A stretch of 63,161 nucleotides of DNA, filler included, from Saprolegnia diclina VS20 (Eukaryota), in NCBI RefSeq assembly GCF_000281045.1. It is 6 parts of 2 records of this genome, joined end to end, with 100 filler letters (N's around TTAATTAATTAA, not from the genome) between each part and the next. Parts side by side here need not be neighbours in the genome. Positions count along the whole stretch, not along the records: positions 1 to 26,599 come from NW_008246074.1; positions 26,700 to 56,140 come from NW_008246074.1; 4 more parts are not named here. The stretch is one strand, 5' to 3'. Shown here piece after piece: positions 21,299 through 33,580 of the stretch (positions are counted from its first letter, which is position 1; each line of letters starts with the position of its first letter). A program made the position numbers and the translations under genes. Under the pieces are notes generated by a model that was not told the origin of the DNA, ran no database searches, and saw only the letters and a program-made list of their open reading frames with translations.

Positions 21299-24200
21299 TC
21301 ACTCGATCTGCAGCACCAACTCGTGCTCAATGACGCGGAGGTAGCTGAGCATTTGGCGGCTCAAGATCTGGACCGTCTCGACGTCCATATCAAAGAGCGT
21401 TTTGTAGCCAATCTGGTCCAAAATGTCGTGGCCGACGCTGCTCTGGAGGACGTCGCCAGAGGCGAAGACGACTTCCAGCTGCAGCGCCATCCCGAGGCGG
21501 TGCATGGCAAAGAGGCCAACAACATGTGTGATGATGCCCGACGTCTCGCACCGGAGTCGCTTGGCTTGCCGAAACATGCGCTGGCGCACGTCAATGCGCA
21601 CAGCGTTCGTGTGGCCCAAGGTAATGTGGTTGACCTACCACATGTGGTATCACTTCCAGATGTTTTGCTATTCACATGTGGAACTGTACCATGTGTTTGG
21701 CAATCGCGACTTTCTGCGCTGCCGTGCAGAGCGCGAGCACTGGGAGGTTACTAAAGCTCCACTCGCTGTACTGCAGCCCAATGCAGAGACAGAGGTGCCA
21801 GCGCGAGACGTAGCATTCGACATACAAGACGCCCTGGTCTTCAAAGAACGCAAAGTGCGCCATTCCGAGCTTGACGCGCTTCGCCACGTAGTAGTGCAGC
21901 GTGGGCTTGGCATACCGCAAGGGTCGAAGGAGGTCCTCGGCGCTGTTGCAATCGCTACACTAGACAAAAAAAGGTGGTGTGTTGCGCGTTTCGAAGCGGG
22001 TACCTTTTGGTAGAGCTGCCCAAAGTACACATTCGGTGTCCCCAGAACGAGCGACCGCGCGTCAATGTTGAGGTTCCGAAATGGGTGAACTTCGCGCGGG
22101 TTGGGCAGCACACGGCCACGCTGGACAATGAGATGCATGACCAGTCCTACAGACAAGCTGTGTCTTTTCTGTGTTTGCATCGGGAAAAACCTTCGATGAG
22201 CCGGTCAATGTCGCCGACGGTGATAAAGTACGACCGCGTAAGGAGCCCGAGAGTCTTGAGCTCGTCTGTCTCGAGGGTGCACTCGACGGCCGTCGGGTGG
22301 CTTGCCGAGGACGGTTCGTAGAGCACCAGTGAGATCTGAGTCTTGGTGAGCAACCTACAACAACACGTAAGTAAATGGCTAGTACTTAAGATTGCAGATT
22401 GAAGACTCGATGAGGAGCTACGTACACGAGGACAACAGCATTGGTCGTCTCGTGAAAGTGCACGCGCCGGCAAAAGAGGCGTGGGTGGTAGCTGTCGTTG
22501 TTGTTGGCGGACGACCCGGACACGTTGAGACTCGACTTGCGCGACTGGAGCTTGAGGTTCTCGAGCTTCAGCACGATGAATACCACCGTATTCGTTCAAG
22601 TGGGTCGAAGTACCGTGGTGAGAGCGGTGTTTTTGCGCAGATGGGACTGGATTTTGATCGCAGCCTTGCGCTCCATCCGCAGGCGCTTGACGGTGCGGAC
22701 GGCCAAGAAGCGGCGAATGAAGCGCTGGATCGCGAGAATCGCCGCCTGCCGTCGCTGCTCGTCGTGCTGCTTGAGGAGCTCCTTGCGTTGTTTTTGCTCG
22801 ACTTTTTGGAGCCGTTTGATGTTGGTAAGCGCTGCCTCGCGTTCGTAGTCGTCTTGGGTTTTCTGGAGCATTTCGTGGCGCTGCTCGAGCTCTTTTGTTC
22901 TACGTCCAATATTGTCATTCAATGTGTCGTCTCAAATTCGAACAAACTTGATCGCGTGGGCTTGGCGAAAGCTCTTTTGTGCAATGCGCCGGCGTTGCAG
23001 CGCTTGTAATTTGACGATGCCTTGTTCTTCGTGGGCGCCAACTAGAGACATTTGACTCTCAAGTTGGCAAGATGACAGTGACAAGGTGTACAATGGGGTA
23101 CAAAGTGCACATTCGAGACGACAAGCGGTTTTTGGCTCAAACTGTCCAAGGCATGTATCAACCAAAAGTATCAAGATGGAAAATGACGAAATGTACCTGA
23201 TACTATAGCGCCGGGGGCGGCCGTCGCCCGAATTGGGGGGCGGTAACTGCGCTTGGAGCGCTCGACGCCGCGCCTCTCGCAGCACCTCGACCTTGCGCAC
23301 ACTCCATACCGTGCGCACCCAGCACTGCAGTTGAACGACACGCTCGTGCATCTCAAGTGCGTGCACCAGCGTCTTTTGCTGGAGCCGCAGATGACGCTTG
23401 CGGCGTTTCTAGGGGCAAAACTCCAGATACATACGACGTGTGAGTGCGCGCACCTGAAACTCGAGGTCCGAAAACCGGTCGAGAACGTCGTAGCGACTGC
23501 GTTCAAGGATCGTTTGCACAGTGCCCGGGTCCAACGCCGCGTTCGGTGTCGTCTCAAACACAGTGTCGTCAACGGGTGCGGGCGTCTCGAGCGCGAGTCG
23601 AAGCACGTCGCGGGCGTGGCGTTTCCGGATTTTGGAGCTCATGGGAGACTAGATCGAATGCTGTTGTGACGCCACGACGCGCGAACTTGCAAATCACCTT
23701 GATGATAGCAGTTTGCATCCGCAGGCTCTGGGAGCTAAAGTTGCCAAAGCTCGCGTACGACAAGTTCCATGGCTTTTCTTTTGTCGGTGGTTGGCTGCCC
23801 GGACCGAGCTGCGAGAGTGCGTCGCGGAGCGCGTCTGGGCTCTGACACAAATGCGGCGTATTTTGAATCGAGAGCACGAGGATCGTCAAGACGGGGTGGA
23901 ACCAGTAGGCGCTGAAGCGCCCTTCAGCACTCTTGGCAATGGCTTTGCCTAAAATATATAAACATGTCAATCAAATGATTTCTCAACAGATTCGAGTTGC
24001 CATTCGGAGCGACAAAGCAATAGTCGACCATGTCCACCATGAGGAGGTCGTCGATGAGCTTCCGACTCGAGGTTAAGGACGAGTGTTCGTGAAACGGGAC
24101 GCAGAAAAGAGGCTGGATCGTCGTATACCGGCACATGTAGACCTTGAGGTCCCCTAATGAGCATGGTGAGCTCAGACAAACGATGGTCCAAGGAGGACCG

Positions 24201-24619
24201 TGCTTGATAATGTCGTTGGTCTGGAACTTGAATTTGGTCGGCGATGTCTCCATCTCGATCGGTGGTGGCAGCTTGGTCGGGTGTCGCTTCTTCTTGAGAA
24301 GTTTTGCCGGCGACGCCTTGACGTACGGGCTCTGGGGCGACTCGAGCTTGCACTCGACCTATATTCGACTTAAGTAGGAACGAGCTCATTTTAGAGCTCG
24401 CACCGAGGGCGGCGACCGGACGTTGTTGCGCGGCCAGTCGCCAAACGGGCTGTGCAGGACGCCAAGCTTCTTGAGCCGGTCAACTTTTTTGGCGCGCGGT
24501 TCGAGGTCCAAAACCAGAGGCGGGAAGAGAACGCGCCGATCGTCGGCCTCAATGTCCTCCGAGTCGGAGAGCGACAGGAGCTCCTCGACGTCGTTGGCGT
24601 CGTACTCGAGCCCTTCCAT
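21299..24619 (-). CDS. IQ-motif (calmodulin-binding) protein, multi-exon
   Basis: Start MEGLEYDANDVEELL; IQ-like motifs VVQLQCWVRTVWSVR, IVKLQALQRRRIAQK, ILAIQRFIRRFLAVR, AIKIQSHLRKNTA; coiled coil; last exon ends ...HELVLQIE*. Exon joins not all resolved; may be more than one gene. Confidence 0.65.
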
Positions 24620-26074
24620 CGCCGTCGTCGAAACTCCTCGGCGACCGTTTTCGCCGCCTGTCTCCGAGGTCCCAAACAGAGTGTGAAACACTGTTTCAGA
24701 CAGCGTTCGTCGGCAAGGCGTTGTCAACTGCATCAGTCAAGAACCACCTTACCACGTGATGGCTCTCGATAGCAGCAGCACACAGACGGAAAAGTCATCT
24801 CGTCGATCCAGCGCCAAAGGAATTTCTGTATCGCTGCGTCCGAGAGAACACTAGCGTTGTGTCGCGTGGTGGCACTGCCAGAGAGCTTGGTGTGCTCCGA
24901 CCGGCCTTTCGAATCAACCGCAACACTGTGTATCCCATGCAGCGGCTAACGATGAGCTAGCCACCGTGATAGCCCCCGCTGTACTAGCTATTCCGTGCGG
25001 TGCAGAGGCTGTAGTTACGCTGGCTGCCAACCTCGACTCCAAGAGGCCAATCGACACGAGAATACATGGAACTACAAATCCGAATGGAGTGGCAATTTCC
25101 AGCACGTCGACGCGCCAAGACACGGCCGGACAGGACAGCAACCCGACCGCTGGGGTTCAACCTGCGTCGGTGTTGCCCTTGGTCCTACCTGCGACTGACC
25201 AAAACGCTGCAGCTGCACGCATCGCGGGATTTCAGTAGTCGTGCAAGCGCCATCCTTGAACCGCCGTCGGAGTCACTTCCAGCCTCTCGCCTTCCACCTC
25301 CGATGTTGAGACTTCGTTGTTGCTGACAAGAAGTATCCCATGCCATCGTTGGGGCTCGTGATCTTTTGTTGAAATGAGTTATTAACATGCAATTATATAG
25401 TGAAGATGGTGGACTTCCTAGAGCGCTCGTGAGGTTTGGCCAGTACGTCAAGCTGAGGGCGCATGGTCAGGGCTCGGGATTGAGTTGGGAATGAGGTAGC
25501 GAGCACACCAAGGATCGGCGCGTAACTCGTGATCTTTTGTTGGAGCTTGCGTTCGATGTCGTCGCCCTGTATCATCACATTGCGCTTGTCGATCGTTCAG
25601 TCCATGGGGTGTGCTCATGATGTGCTGTAGACATGTTTGATGCCAAGTCCGGCCCATTGCGCCTACTAGTACAGTATTGCGTTGACTTACCAACCATAGA
25701 ACGCTCGCGAGCGTGTCAAGTCCGCCGGCCGTGCGCTGCAGTGCCGTAATCGAATCAGGGCGGCCGCCGTCGGATAGACCGCCTCTTTCTTCGTTTGAGC
25801 GATGGGGACAACACTTCGATGAACGAGTTCCTTGAGAAAGCCTCGAGGCAAAGGCGTCGTCGTTGACGCGTGACTCACGATGCGAGCCATCGATGCACTT
25901 TGCCTTTCCGCAGCGCTCCACTCTTCACATGGTTACCTTGTCATTTGTATGCTCGTCTCCGATTGGTGGTCCTCGCCTGTCTCGTACGGGCTGCTGCCGC
26001 CGTCGGATCGGCCAGTTGGTCCTACTTTCCTCGTGTCTCTTTGCCAGCGAGCTTCGCAGGAACCGTCCCTCGAA

Positions 26075-26090
26075 CGTCACTTTTCCATTT
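26075..26090 (+). promoter_or_regulatory. Oomycete Inr/FPR-like core promoter
   Basis: TCACTTTTCCATTT fits TCAYTYYNNNWTTY and ends 14 nt before the ZIP ATG. Confidence 0.5.
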
Positions 26091-26103
26091 GCGAACTTCC
26101 CGC

Positions 26104-26599
26104 ATGTTCCAGGCCAGCGACGACGACGCCAATCCCTGCGGCTTTGTCCAAGGTCGTGACGACAACTATGACATGGCGCTGCATATCGGTGCCATCTTTA
26201 TCATCCTCGCCTTCTCGCTCGTGGGGTCGCTCCTGCCCGTGCTCTCCAAGCACCTCGCGTGTTTGAAGCAAATGGCCGCCATCATGTCGTATGTCAATGC
26301 GTTTGGCGTCGGCGTTGTCATTGCGACCGCGCTCGTGCACATGCTTCCGCCGGCCAACGACGCACTCAACAACGCGTGCCTCGGTCTCTCGTACCCGGGC
26401 TTGGCCAACGTCATTGCGGTCGTAGCCATCCTCTTGCTGCAGTGCCTTCAGACCGAGCTCACGGCGCGGTTTGCCGCCCCAGCGTGCGTCAACAATGACG
26501 CCGAAGCACCCACCGCGGACGTCAAGGGCGCCGAGTCGCCGTCGCACCAGTTTCACAGCCACGGCCACATCCTGACTGCGCCGTCGACGGCCGCCAACA
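26104..26599 (+). CDS. ZIP (Zn/Fe permease) family transporter, 5' half, truncated by linker
   Basis: YDMALHIGAIFIILAFSLVGSLLP, FGVGVVIATALVHMLPPA, His-rich loop HQFHSHGH. Confidence 0.9.
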
Positions 26600-26699
26600 N
26601 NNNNNNNNNNNNNNNNNNNNNNNNNNNNNNNNNNNNNNNNNNNTTAATTAATTAANNNNNNNNNNNNNNNNNNNNNNNNNNNNNNNNNNNNNNNNNNNN
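26600..26699. other. Artificial contig linker (44N-TTAATTAATTAA-44N)
   Basis: 100-nt six-frame-stop spacer; the same structure recurs four more times. Confidence 0.97.
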
Positions 26700-26872
26700 A
26701 TCGGGAACGAAAGAAGAGAAATCAAAATGGAGGAAGTCTCTTGATACAGTTAGATAGAATGAAAGGTGTCATGTAGAACGTATTACAGAGTTGGTCAATT
26801 TACAATTGGAGACGCTCGCGCACTCCTTCCTCGTCCTTCAATGGTATGTCGAGGTCTGTGGGTGCGACGATT

Positions 26873-27920
26873 TTACGTCCAGTACATTATTGTCGACATG
26901 GCGGCGGCGCCACATCCGAGAAACGCGTACGTCAAAGCTCGCGTTTTGCCCGACTGGGCGAGGAATGTCGGGTTGTTGGTGTACTGGTTGGCGAGGAGTT
27001 CGACGATGCCAGTGTAAATCAAAATGCCGGCTGCCACTGCATTCATGCAGCCTTGCACCCACAGCGCAGTCGACGAGGACGCCGCGTACGTCGTCGAGAC
27101 ACCAATACCGAGCACAATACCGAGCGGCGTCGCTACTGCAAAGCCAAGTACAGTCCAGAGCGTGGTCTTGAGCTCTTCAAACGCAACAAGCGCCGAGGAC
27201 CCGACCGCAACACCTTCAAAGAACTGGTGAAAGCAAATGGCCGTAAGGAGCGTCGTGAACGTTGTGCCAGAAGCGACACCGAGGTTGAGGCCAATGATGA
27301 CCGAGTGGATCACGACACCAAGCTCAAAGATCAAAACAGAAATCTTCCGACTCGTCGGGTCCTCTGCATTGAGCTTTGGCACTGGCTCGTGGCAATGAAA
27401 GGGTGTCACTTGATGCAGCGGTGACGCGGTGGTGGTCACCCCGTCTTCGATCCTACGTAACGTGCTATTTGAGATGCCACATTCAAAGATCCATAGAGCC
27501 GTACGTAGCCAAATCACAAGCTTTGTTGTCGACACGCATTGGATTGAACCGAGCGACGAGCTCGGTTTGAAACCACTGGCTCACAAGCACGGCGGCGACC
27601 GCAATGACATTCGCAAGTCCAGGGAACGAGAGATCGAGGCATGGATCGTTGAGCGCGTCGTTGGCCGGCGGCAAGATGTGCACGAGTGCCGTCGCCAGCA
27701 CAACGCCGACGCCAAACGCGCTGATGAAGGGCATCACCGTGACAAAGTGGCGCAAAATAGTAACGTGCTTGGTGGCCACAGGCGTCGCCGCCCCGAGCGC
27801 CGACAAGCCGAGGATGATAAAGACCGACGCGATGTGAAGACTCATGTCGTAGTCGTCGGCGCGGCCTGCAGCCACGCCGCAGCTTGCGTTCTTGGTCATC
27901 GCGCTGTGTGGGGACAACAT
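26873..27920 (-). CDS. ZIP (Zn/Fe permease) family transporter (2 exons)
   Basis: YDMSLHIASVFIILG, FGVGVVLATALVHILPPA; intron ~27504-27453; FELGVVIHSVIIGL, CFHQFFEGVAVG, TPLGIVLG, AAGILIY. Confidence 0.93.
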
Positions 27921-28971
27921 GGTCGAATGGATTGTGTGGGAAAGTCCACCGCGGGCGCGAGTAGGGCTGGGGCTATTTCATATGGTTACAAACCGCCCTC
28001 GATTTTCGAAATTCCGAGGACGTCTCGACCAGCAACTGTGAAGTCAACGAACGTTCTTCGACGTCTAAAGACCAATGTGCTTACTTCAAGCACAAATTCA
28101 TGTCGGAATATGCGACATGTCGAGACCAGGTCAACGTCAAAGGTTCTGTGGACGAGGTACATGCAGGTACTACATGTACTAGTACAGGCATGATCGCTGA
28201 GCAATGAAATGCAACGGCGGTTGATTGCACTACATGTGGACTCTGCGTGTCGACGAAAAGACTATCTAATCAAGCTAATGCGCGACAGGGGGATTCAGTG
28301 TCCAGCGATCGATGGCTTCGTCGGTGGAGCACTAGCGTCGACATTCCATCGACCACAATGCCAAACACAATAAACTCTTTTTGAAAGCTCTAAAATATGC
28401 TACTGTACAAAGCGATAAGTTCATCAGTCCGCGTGCAACTTCACGCAAATTGTCGCAATCCCAGTAGATGCCCAAATTACAACCCTACGTCTTACCTAGC
28501 CCTACCCTAGCCCCATCATACAACACCACGTCCCAGCGTTGAGATACCGGTAACCCATTGGTTTCTTCCTCATGCCCAAGCTTGTGCAGTGGCATCGCAG
28601 GGGCGCCCGTCAGAACTATGTAATCACGAGCTGCGGACACGCTAGCAGTACAGAAATGTGCTCATTCATGATAACTCCAAGCTAACTCCTGGAGACATGC
28701 TACTGTACCGAAGCGCAGTGCAACAGAAGGCTCGGTGCGTCTCCCGCGCTTCAAGCCCGTGTGTCATATTGTAGACAAGAGAACGCTAGCATCAAAGTAC
28801 CCTAAGTCAATACGACATGAGTCATCTTCGAGTCGTGAGCCACGAGGCGCCTGCCTTCGCTCGTAGTTTGGTCATTGGACATTGCAGTGGCACGCAAAAC
28901 ATAGATACAAAGTCAAAACTAATATACTTGATAGATAATGCTTGGTTCCAAACGTGGATGGAGACGCTATT

Positions 28972-31662
28972 TCACGGAGACGATGGGCTACGCCGTTTGA
29001 GTGGGCGATCGGGTCCCACTGCAAACGCCTCGAGCCGCGCGCGCATCTCGACGTCGTGGATCTCGGACGCACGGAGCGCTGCGACGCCTGCCACATTCTT
29101 TTGAAGCATGTACGACCATGATTTGTCGCCCTGGCAGACAAATCTGAGCCCAAGAACGTGCTTGTGGTTTGCAATGGCCGATCGGAGCGCTTCGCAAAGG
29201 CTGGCCTTGTCAATAGCCAATTTTTTGCTGGTCGGCGACACCAAAAAGGCGTGGATCGTGTCGGCCATCTCGCATGCGCAGTCGTGCAGCACATCCACGA
29301 TCGAGAGATCGTTGGCGTCACGCGGCTGGACGATCGGGATGCGCTCGAGGCCCGCCTTCGCAAGGAGAATGTCGGACGCACCACCTTGGAGGTCGAGGTT
29401 GCGGAAGACAGCGGTGGCTTCGGGCGTCGTCGTCGTTGCCGCAATGAAAGCCTCGGCAAACGTTGACCGCTTTGCAGCATCAAACGCGCGAAAGTACGCG
29501 AGGGCATCGAGAACGAGGTAGGTCGAGCTACAAGCGGGGGACACGCCCTGCAGCGGAGGGTGCTCTTCGTAAAATACGCGCAACTGATGGATCGCGTTGG
29601 GCGTGCGTGGTTCAAAGGCGTTGGCTGCGTGCATAAATAAGGTCGAGAGACCTGGCATTTTCGCAATGCCGCCCGTGACTAAAGCAGAGAAAAGCGCCGG
29701 GAGCAACGGTAGGCCAATCGTATGCCAGAGCCGATCGAGCACGGTCTCGGACGGCGTCGCCAGAGTAAGCGCCAGAGAGAGGCCGCGTACGCTGTTGAAG
29801 CTCCAGGCGTCCGACATCGTAGCAAGCACATTTGTCAGCGCTGCGCGGTACTTGTTGATGCAAAGCTGCGGGTTGCGCTTGACGACGGCGGCCAAAGATG
29901 GGGCAACCGTGTCGATGGGCTCGAGCGTCATCCAATACTCGACGCAGCGCTGGATCGAGTGGGTCGGGAAGCGGTACGCGTCAATTTCGGCACACAAGGT
30001 CGCGGGCAGCTTGCTCGTGAACCAACCGTCGCCGTCGCCCGACGTAATGTACGCTTCGAGGAGCATTGCCGGCGTGAGGATCGAGCTCATGTCGTCGTAG
30101 TCATAAAATTCGTCCGACGGAGCATTGAAGACTGCCATGATGGCCGACCAGCAGGGTTTGATGAGCTCTGCGGCAAATGCAACGTCCAGTGGAGGGCACA
30201 CGGGGTCGTCCACGACGCCGGCCAAGCTTGCGACGAGCTGAAAGACAGGACCGAATGACATGGCATGATGAGTGCACCACCGCGCCAGCATGGTCACCAG
30301 CGCGGTCACCAAAGGTCCCCAGCCGACGGTCGTCAGCGTCGCATGAAGCCACGTGGCCACGCGCTCGATCGTCATCGTGTCTGTCAACGTGAGGTGCTCT
30401 GCGATAAAGTGCGACGTCACTGCCACGTCGCCGAGCGCCGCCAATGCATCGCAGAGGATCTCAAAGTGGCTCTTGTCCTCCGGCAGCGGGGGACGCGGCG
30501 CCTTGTCCGCCTCGTGGGATTGGTCGTCGCCAAAAAAAGGCACGACCGCCAAGGCAAGCTCACTGGGGCTAAAGGTGCCGAAGAGGCGGTCGTCCGCGCT
30601 ATCGACCACGGGCGACTCGACAACGAGGCGCAGCGACGCGAGGGCCGTGGGGAGGCCGACGACGGCAGGTCGCGTGCGCTTGGGCCAGAACGCGAGAAAC
30701 TTGGTCGGCTCAAAAAGGATCGCCCGTGTGTTTACGATCGTGCCAATGCGCTTGCCGACGAGGTTGCGCTGCACCGTCGATGGCACGTTGGCGAAAGGAA
30801 TCGAGAGAGAGTCCACAATGAGCGTCGTCGCGTGGGGTGTGGCGCTGCACTGGACGAGCACGACGTCGTAGCTGCCTGCCGTGATAAGAGCATGAACGAG
30901 GCGGCGCTCGGCGTACGAGAGAGCGTCGGCGCTCCATGGCGTGTGCGGATGGTCGAGCGCGTACCCGAGGATCGTCGACGTTGGTGGCAGCAGTGCAAGC
31001 TCTTGGAGAAAGGACGCGGCGAGGTCGAGCACGGCCGGGGCAAGTGCAACGTTCGCCTCTTCGTCGACGGGAACGAGGTCGTAGACGAGCATGGACCGGG
31101 CGCCTGCGACGATCGGCGCAACGAGGATCTCGGCCGACGTGAAGAGTGCGAGGTAGCCTGGCGTTGCGACGTGGGTCAAATCGTTGAACGCCCAGTGGGT
31201 CCCGGCGTTCTTGGTCTTGAACGTCAAAGCACCGCCGCTGTACACGGACGGCAGCAGCACGAGCACGCGTCCAATTGCATCTGTACTGTCCGACGCGGCG
31301 CTCGCTGCGTCGCCGTGGACGTCGATCGCCATGTGCTTCAAGCGCAGCGCGACGGGCCCGCGGACCCCGAGGACGCCGTTGACGCTGGCGAGGATCGCGT
31401 TCGTCGTCGTTGTCGTCCAGTCCATGCTGTTGCATGTGATGCGCTCGCCGGGGACGAAGATCGCGCGGCCGTCGGGGACTGCGAGGAGCGCTTCCAGGCC
31501 CGTCCGCTGGGACTCGAGCACGGGCCATGCGAGCTGCTCGTCCATGCCATCGACGCGGAAGAGCGGGTCCACGTACTTCATGCGCTCGTTGGCGCTGTAG
31601 GCGAAGCCCGATATGTCGAGCATGTCGAGCACCGGGTCAAGCTCGGTCGCGTCTTCTTCCAT
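28972..31662 (-). CDS. Large hypothetical protein with degenerate N-terminal 2OG-Fe(II) oxygenase-like domain
   Basis: About 900-aa single ORF; IGRVLVLLPSVYSGGALTF...YLALFTSAEILVAPIVAGARSMLVYDL resembles the DSBH core; start at 31662 or 31716. Confidence 0.75.
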   Translation of the reverse strand: MEEDATELDPVLDMLDISGFAYSANERMKYVDPLFRVDGMDEQLAWPVLESQRTGLEALLAVPDGRAIFVPGERITCNSMDWTTTTTNAILASVNGVLGVRGPVALRLKHMAIDVHGDAASAASDSTDAIGRVLVLLPSVYSGGALTFKTKNAGTHWAFNDLTHVATPGYLALFTSAEILVAPIVAGARSMLVYDLVPVDEEANVALAPAVLDLAASFLQELALLPPTSTILGYALDHPHTPWSADALSYAERRLVHALITAGSYDVVLVQCSATPHATTLIVDSLSIPFANVPSTVQRNLVGKRIGTIVNTRAILFEPTKFLAFWPKRTRPAVVGLPTALASLRLVVESPVVDSADDRLFGTFSPSELALAVVPFFGDDQSHEADKAPRPPLPEDKSHFEILCDALAALGDVAVTSHFIAEHLTLTDTMTIERVATWLHATLTTVGWGPLVTALVTMLARWCTHHAMSFGPVFQLVASLAGVVDDPVCPPLDVAFAAELIKPCWSAIMAVFNAPSDEFYDYDDMSSILTPAMLLEAYITSGDGDGWFTSKLPATLCAEIDAYRFPTHSIQRCVEYWMTLEPIDTVAPSLAAVVKRNPQLCINKYRAALTNVLATMSDAWSFNSVRGLSLALTLATPSETVLDRLWHTIGLPLLPALFSALVTGGIAKMPGLSTLFMHAANAFEPRTPNAIHQLRVFYEEHPPLQGVSPACSSTYLVLDALAYFRAFDAAKRSTFAEAFIAATTTTPEATAVFRNLDLQGGASDILLAKAGLERIPIVQPRDANDLSIVDVLHDCACEMADTIHAFLVSPTSKKLAIDKASLCEALRSAIANHKHVLGLRFVCQGDKSWSYMLQKNVAGVAALRASEIHDVEMRARLEAFAVGPDRPLKRRSPSSP

Positions 31663-31767
31663 CGGCTGGAAATCCGAGAATGAGGTCGATCTTTGATATT
31701 TATGGCACAACGCCATAAATTATGTAAATACCACAAATAATGACATGTGCATCTAATATGTTATGTA

Positions 31768-31850
31768 CAAATAGAGTATTTGATAAATAGTATTACGATG
31801 AAATAGTATTACATTGGAATAGTGTTGTCTCAAATAAGATAAATAGTGTA
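31768..31850. repeat. Degenerate AT-rich tandem repeats (AAATAGT-like)
   Basis: aaatagag, aaatagtatt (twice), aatagtg, aaataag, aaatagtg within ~80 bp. Confidence 0.5.
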
Positions 31851-32328
31851 AAGGTTCGAGTGACACACACGGTGGCGATCATTGATGGCATTCGATGCTA
31901 GGCTTTTCCTTCTACTGTCTTGAACAATTGTACGAGTACTATTCTACTATGATCGACTGGTGTGGGCTACGTAGTACAAGCGAAGAAGGCGAGGGTCCTC
32001 GTATGTCGTAGCGTCGCTTTGTTCTTAACGCGCCTCCAGCGCGACGGTCCGAGGCTCAAATTCGTATCCACAATCACCAATCCTATACCAGTTCAATACA
32101 CCATAAACGCCAGCATCATTACCTTCAACGTCCTCTCGACAAGCTCGCAGAAGCAAGCACAGCAGTTGCCGGTTCTGGCTCTAACGCTTAACGTTATGGT
32201 GCACCAACGTCACTTGCCATGCACGCGCGGTGCCAACAACATACCGTTATTGGGCTCCCACATTCCAACCGTCAGCAACGAACGATGAGTCAACCGGTAA
32301 ATGGCTCTAATTTAGTGGAATTGACGAT

Positions 32329-33207
32329 TTAAATGTAATATTCAGAGACGCGGGCAAGCCCGGTCGTTTGGCGATGAATGAATTCGCTCTCGCGCAACGA
32401 CGTGTGGTTGCGCTTGAAAAAGACCACCGGCAGACTCCGTGCGTGCTCGCACTGCGCGTTGTAGAGCACGAGGCGGCCTACCGGGCGCACAAAATGGGAC
32501 GCCGCGCGACGCTTGGGCTGCGCTTCGTACCCGACCAGCTGACGCGTCACAACCGATCGGAGGTAAAAGTTCGTGGCCAAGACACCGCCGACCTCGGTGC
32601 ATGCGATCGTAAACCGCGCATGCGTCGGAAACACGAGCTGTCCAGGCGCGGGCCTGCGAAAGCAGAGGCGCCCGTGACGGCCCACTGCGAGGTACGTGCC
32701 GTCGCTGCGCGTGAAGACGACTTCGTCGCCGTCGCAGACGCCCACCGCCGACGAGAGCGCGTGGAGCTTGAGTTTGTGTTCGACGCCGAGCATCGAACTG
32801 TCGAACGGAAAGCAGTCGACGCGACCTGCCGACCAAAAGCTGGCGCGTGGACTGTAGACAAGGCTGCCCGAGACCTGCATGTGGGTGTTGGACCATCGGA
32901 AGAGGAGGTGGATTGTATCGCCCGGGCAGAGCGACCGGCCCGGCGCCGGCGGGAGTGGCCGGGGCACGAGGGACAGAATAATCGGGTCGGACATGGCGCG
33001 GCGCACGACCGGCAGTCCAAGGGTCGAGGAGGCGGGCGGCAGCGGCGCGCTCTCACAGCGCTGCATGCGGTGGTTTGGACGCAGCTCGTCGTCGCTGCGC
33101 CGGCGTACGCGCGAGAGCACCTTGGCGTACGGGTTGACGCCCGGGCGCGGCAAGGTGCCGCTGACAACCGTCTCGCGCATCGATCCAAAGTGCGCTGAGG
33201 TACGCAT
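32329..33207 (-). CDS. Hypothetical protein (292 aa); C-terminal beta-rich, possibly beta-trefoil-like
   Basis: Single ORF with ATG; repeats such as PGDTIHL.., DGDEVVFTRSDGTYLAV.., NFYLRSV. Confidence 0.65.
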   Translation of the reverse strand: MRTSAHFGSMRETVVSGTLPRPGVNPYAKVLSRVRRRSDDELRPNHRMQRCESAPLPPASSTLGLPVVRRAMSDPIILSLVPRPLPPAPGRSLCPGDTIHLLFRWSNTHMQVSGSLVYSPRASFWSAGRVDCFPFDSSMLGVEHKLKLHALSSAVGVCDGDEVVFTRSDGTYLAVGRHGRLCFRRPAPGQLVFPTHARFTIACTEVGGVLATNFYLRSVVTRQLVGYEAQPKRRAASHFVRPVGRLVLYNAQCEHARSLPVVFFKRNHTSLRESEFIHRQTTGLARVSEYYI

Positions 33208-33580
33208 CGGGCGGCGGCGATCCAGTGCATCGCGTTCGATCTGGATATCTCGCTTCGACGAGTGCCCACATGTGGAAACTATGTCTGGTAGGGGCGCCTT
33301 GGAACCAGATTTGTCTCGCAGCCCAATGCCCGCAGCCAGCCAACAACGTCGACAGCGAGCCGCCTACTATGGTCGTCGTCCTTGCTCGACACTTGCCGGT
33401 CCACGCGGGCCGTTCGACGTGGCAACGTGGTGCACGCGGCTTCTGCGCTTGGCAGCTCTGCCATGCGCTGTCACGCAACTAGGGAATTGCCCGTTGACAG
33501 CGGTCCAATCAACGCACGGGAATCACGTACCGCCGTGTGTGATTGGGCGCGTTTGTTTGGAGTATTACCACAGGAGCGCC

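Noticed and set aside
24900..25900. Possible decayed gene fragments (also 17481-17684, 19340-19852, 41600-41950, 4600-5200)
   Set aside because: Short interrupted frames with no family I can recognise; cannot be supported without a search.
27483..27535. Frameshifted ZIP pseudogene
   Set aside because: A GT-AG intron (~27504-27453) restores the frame.
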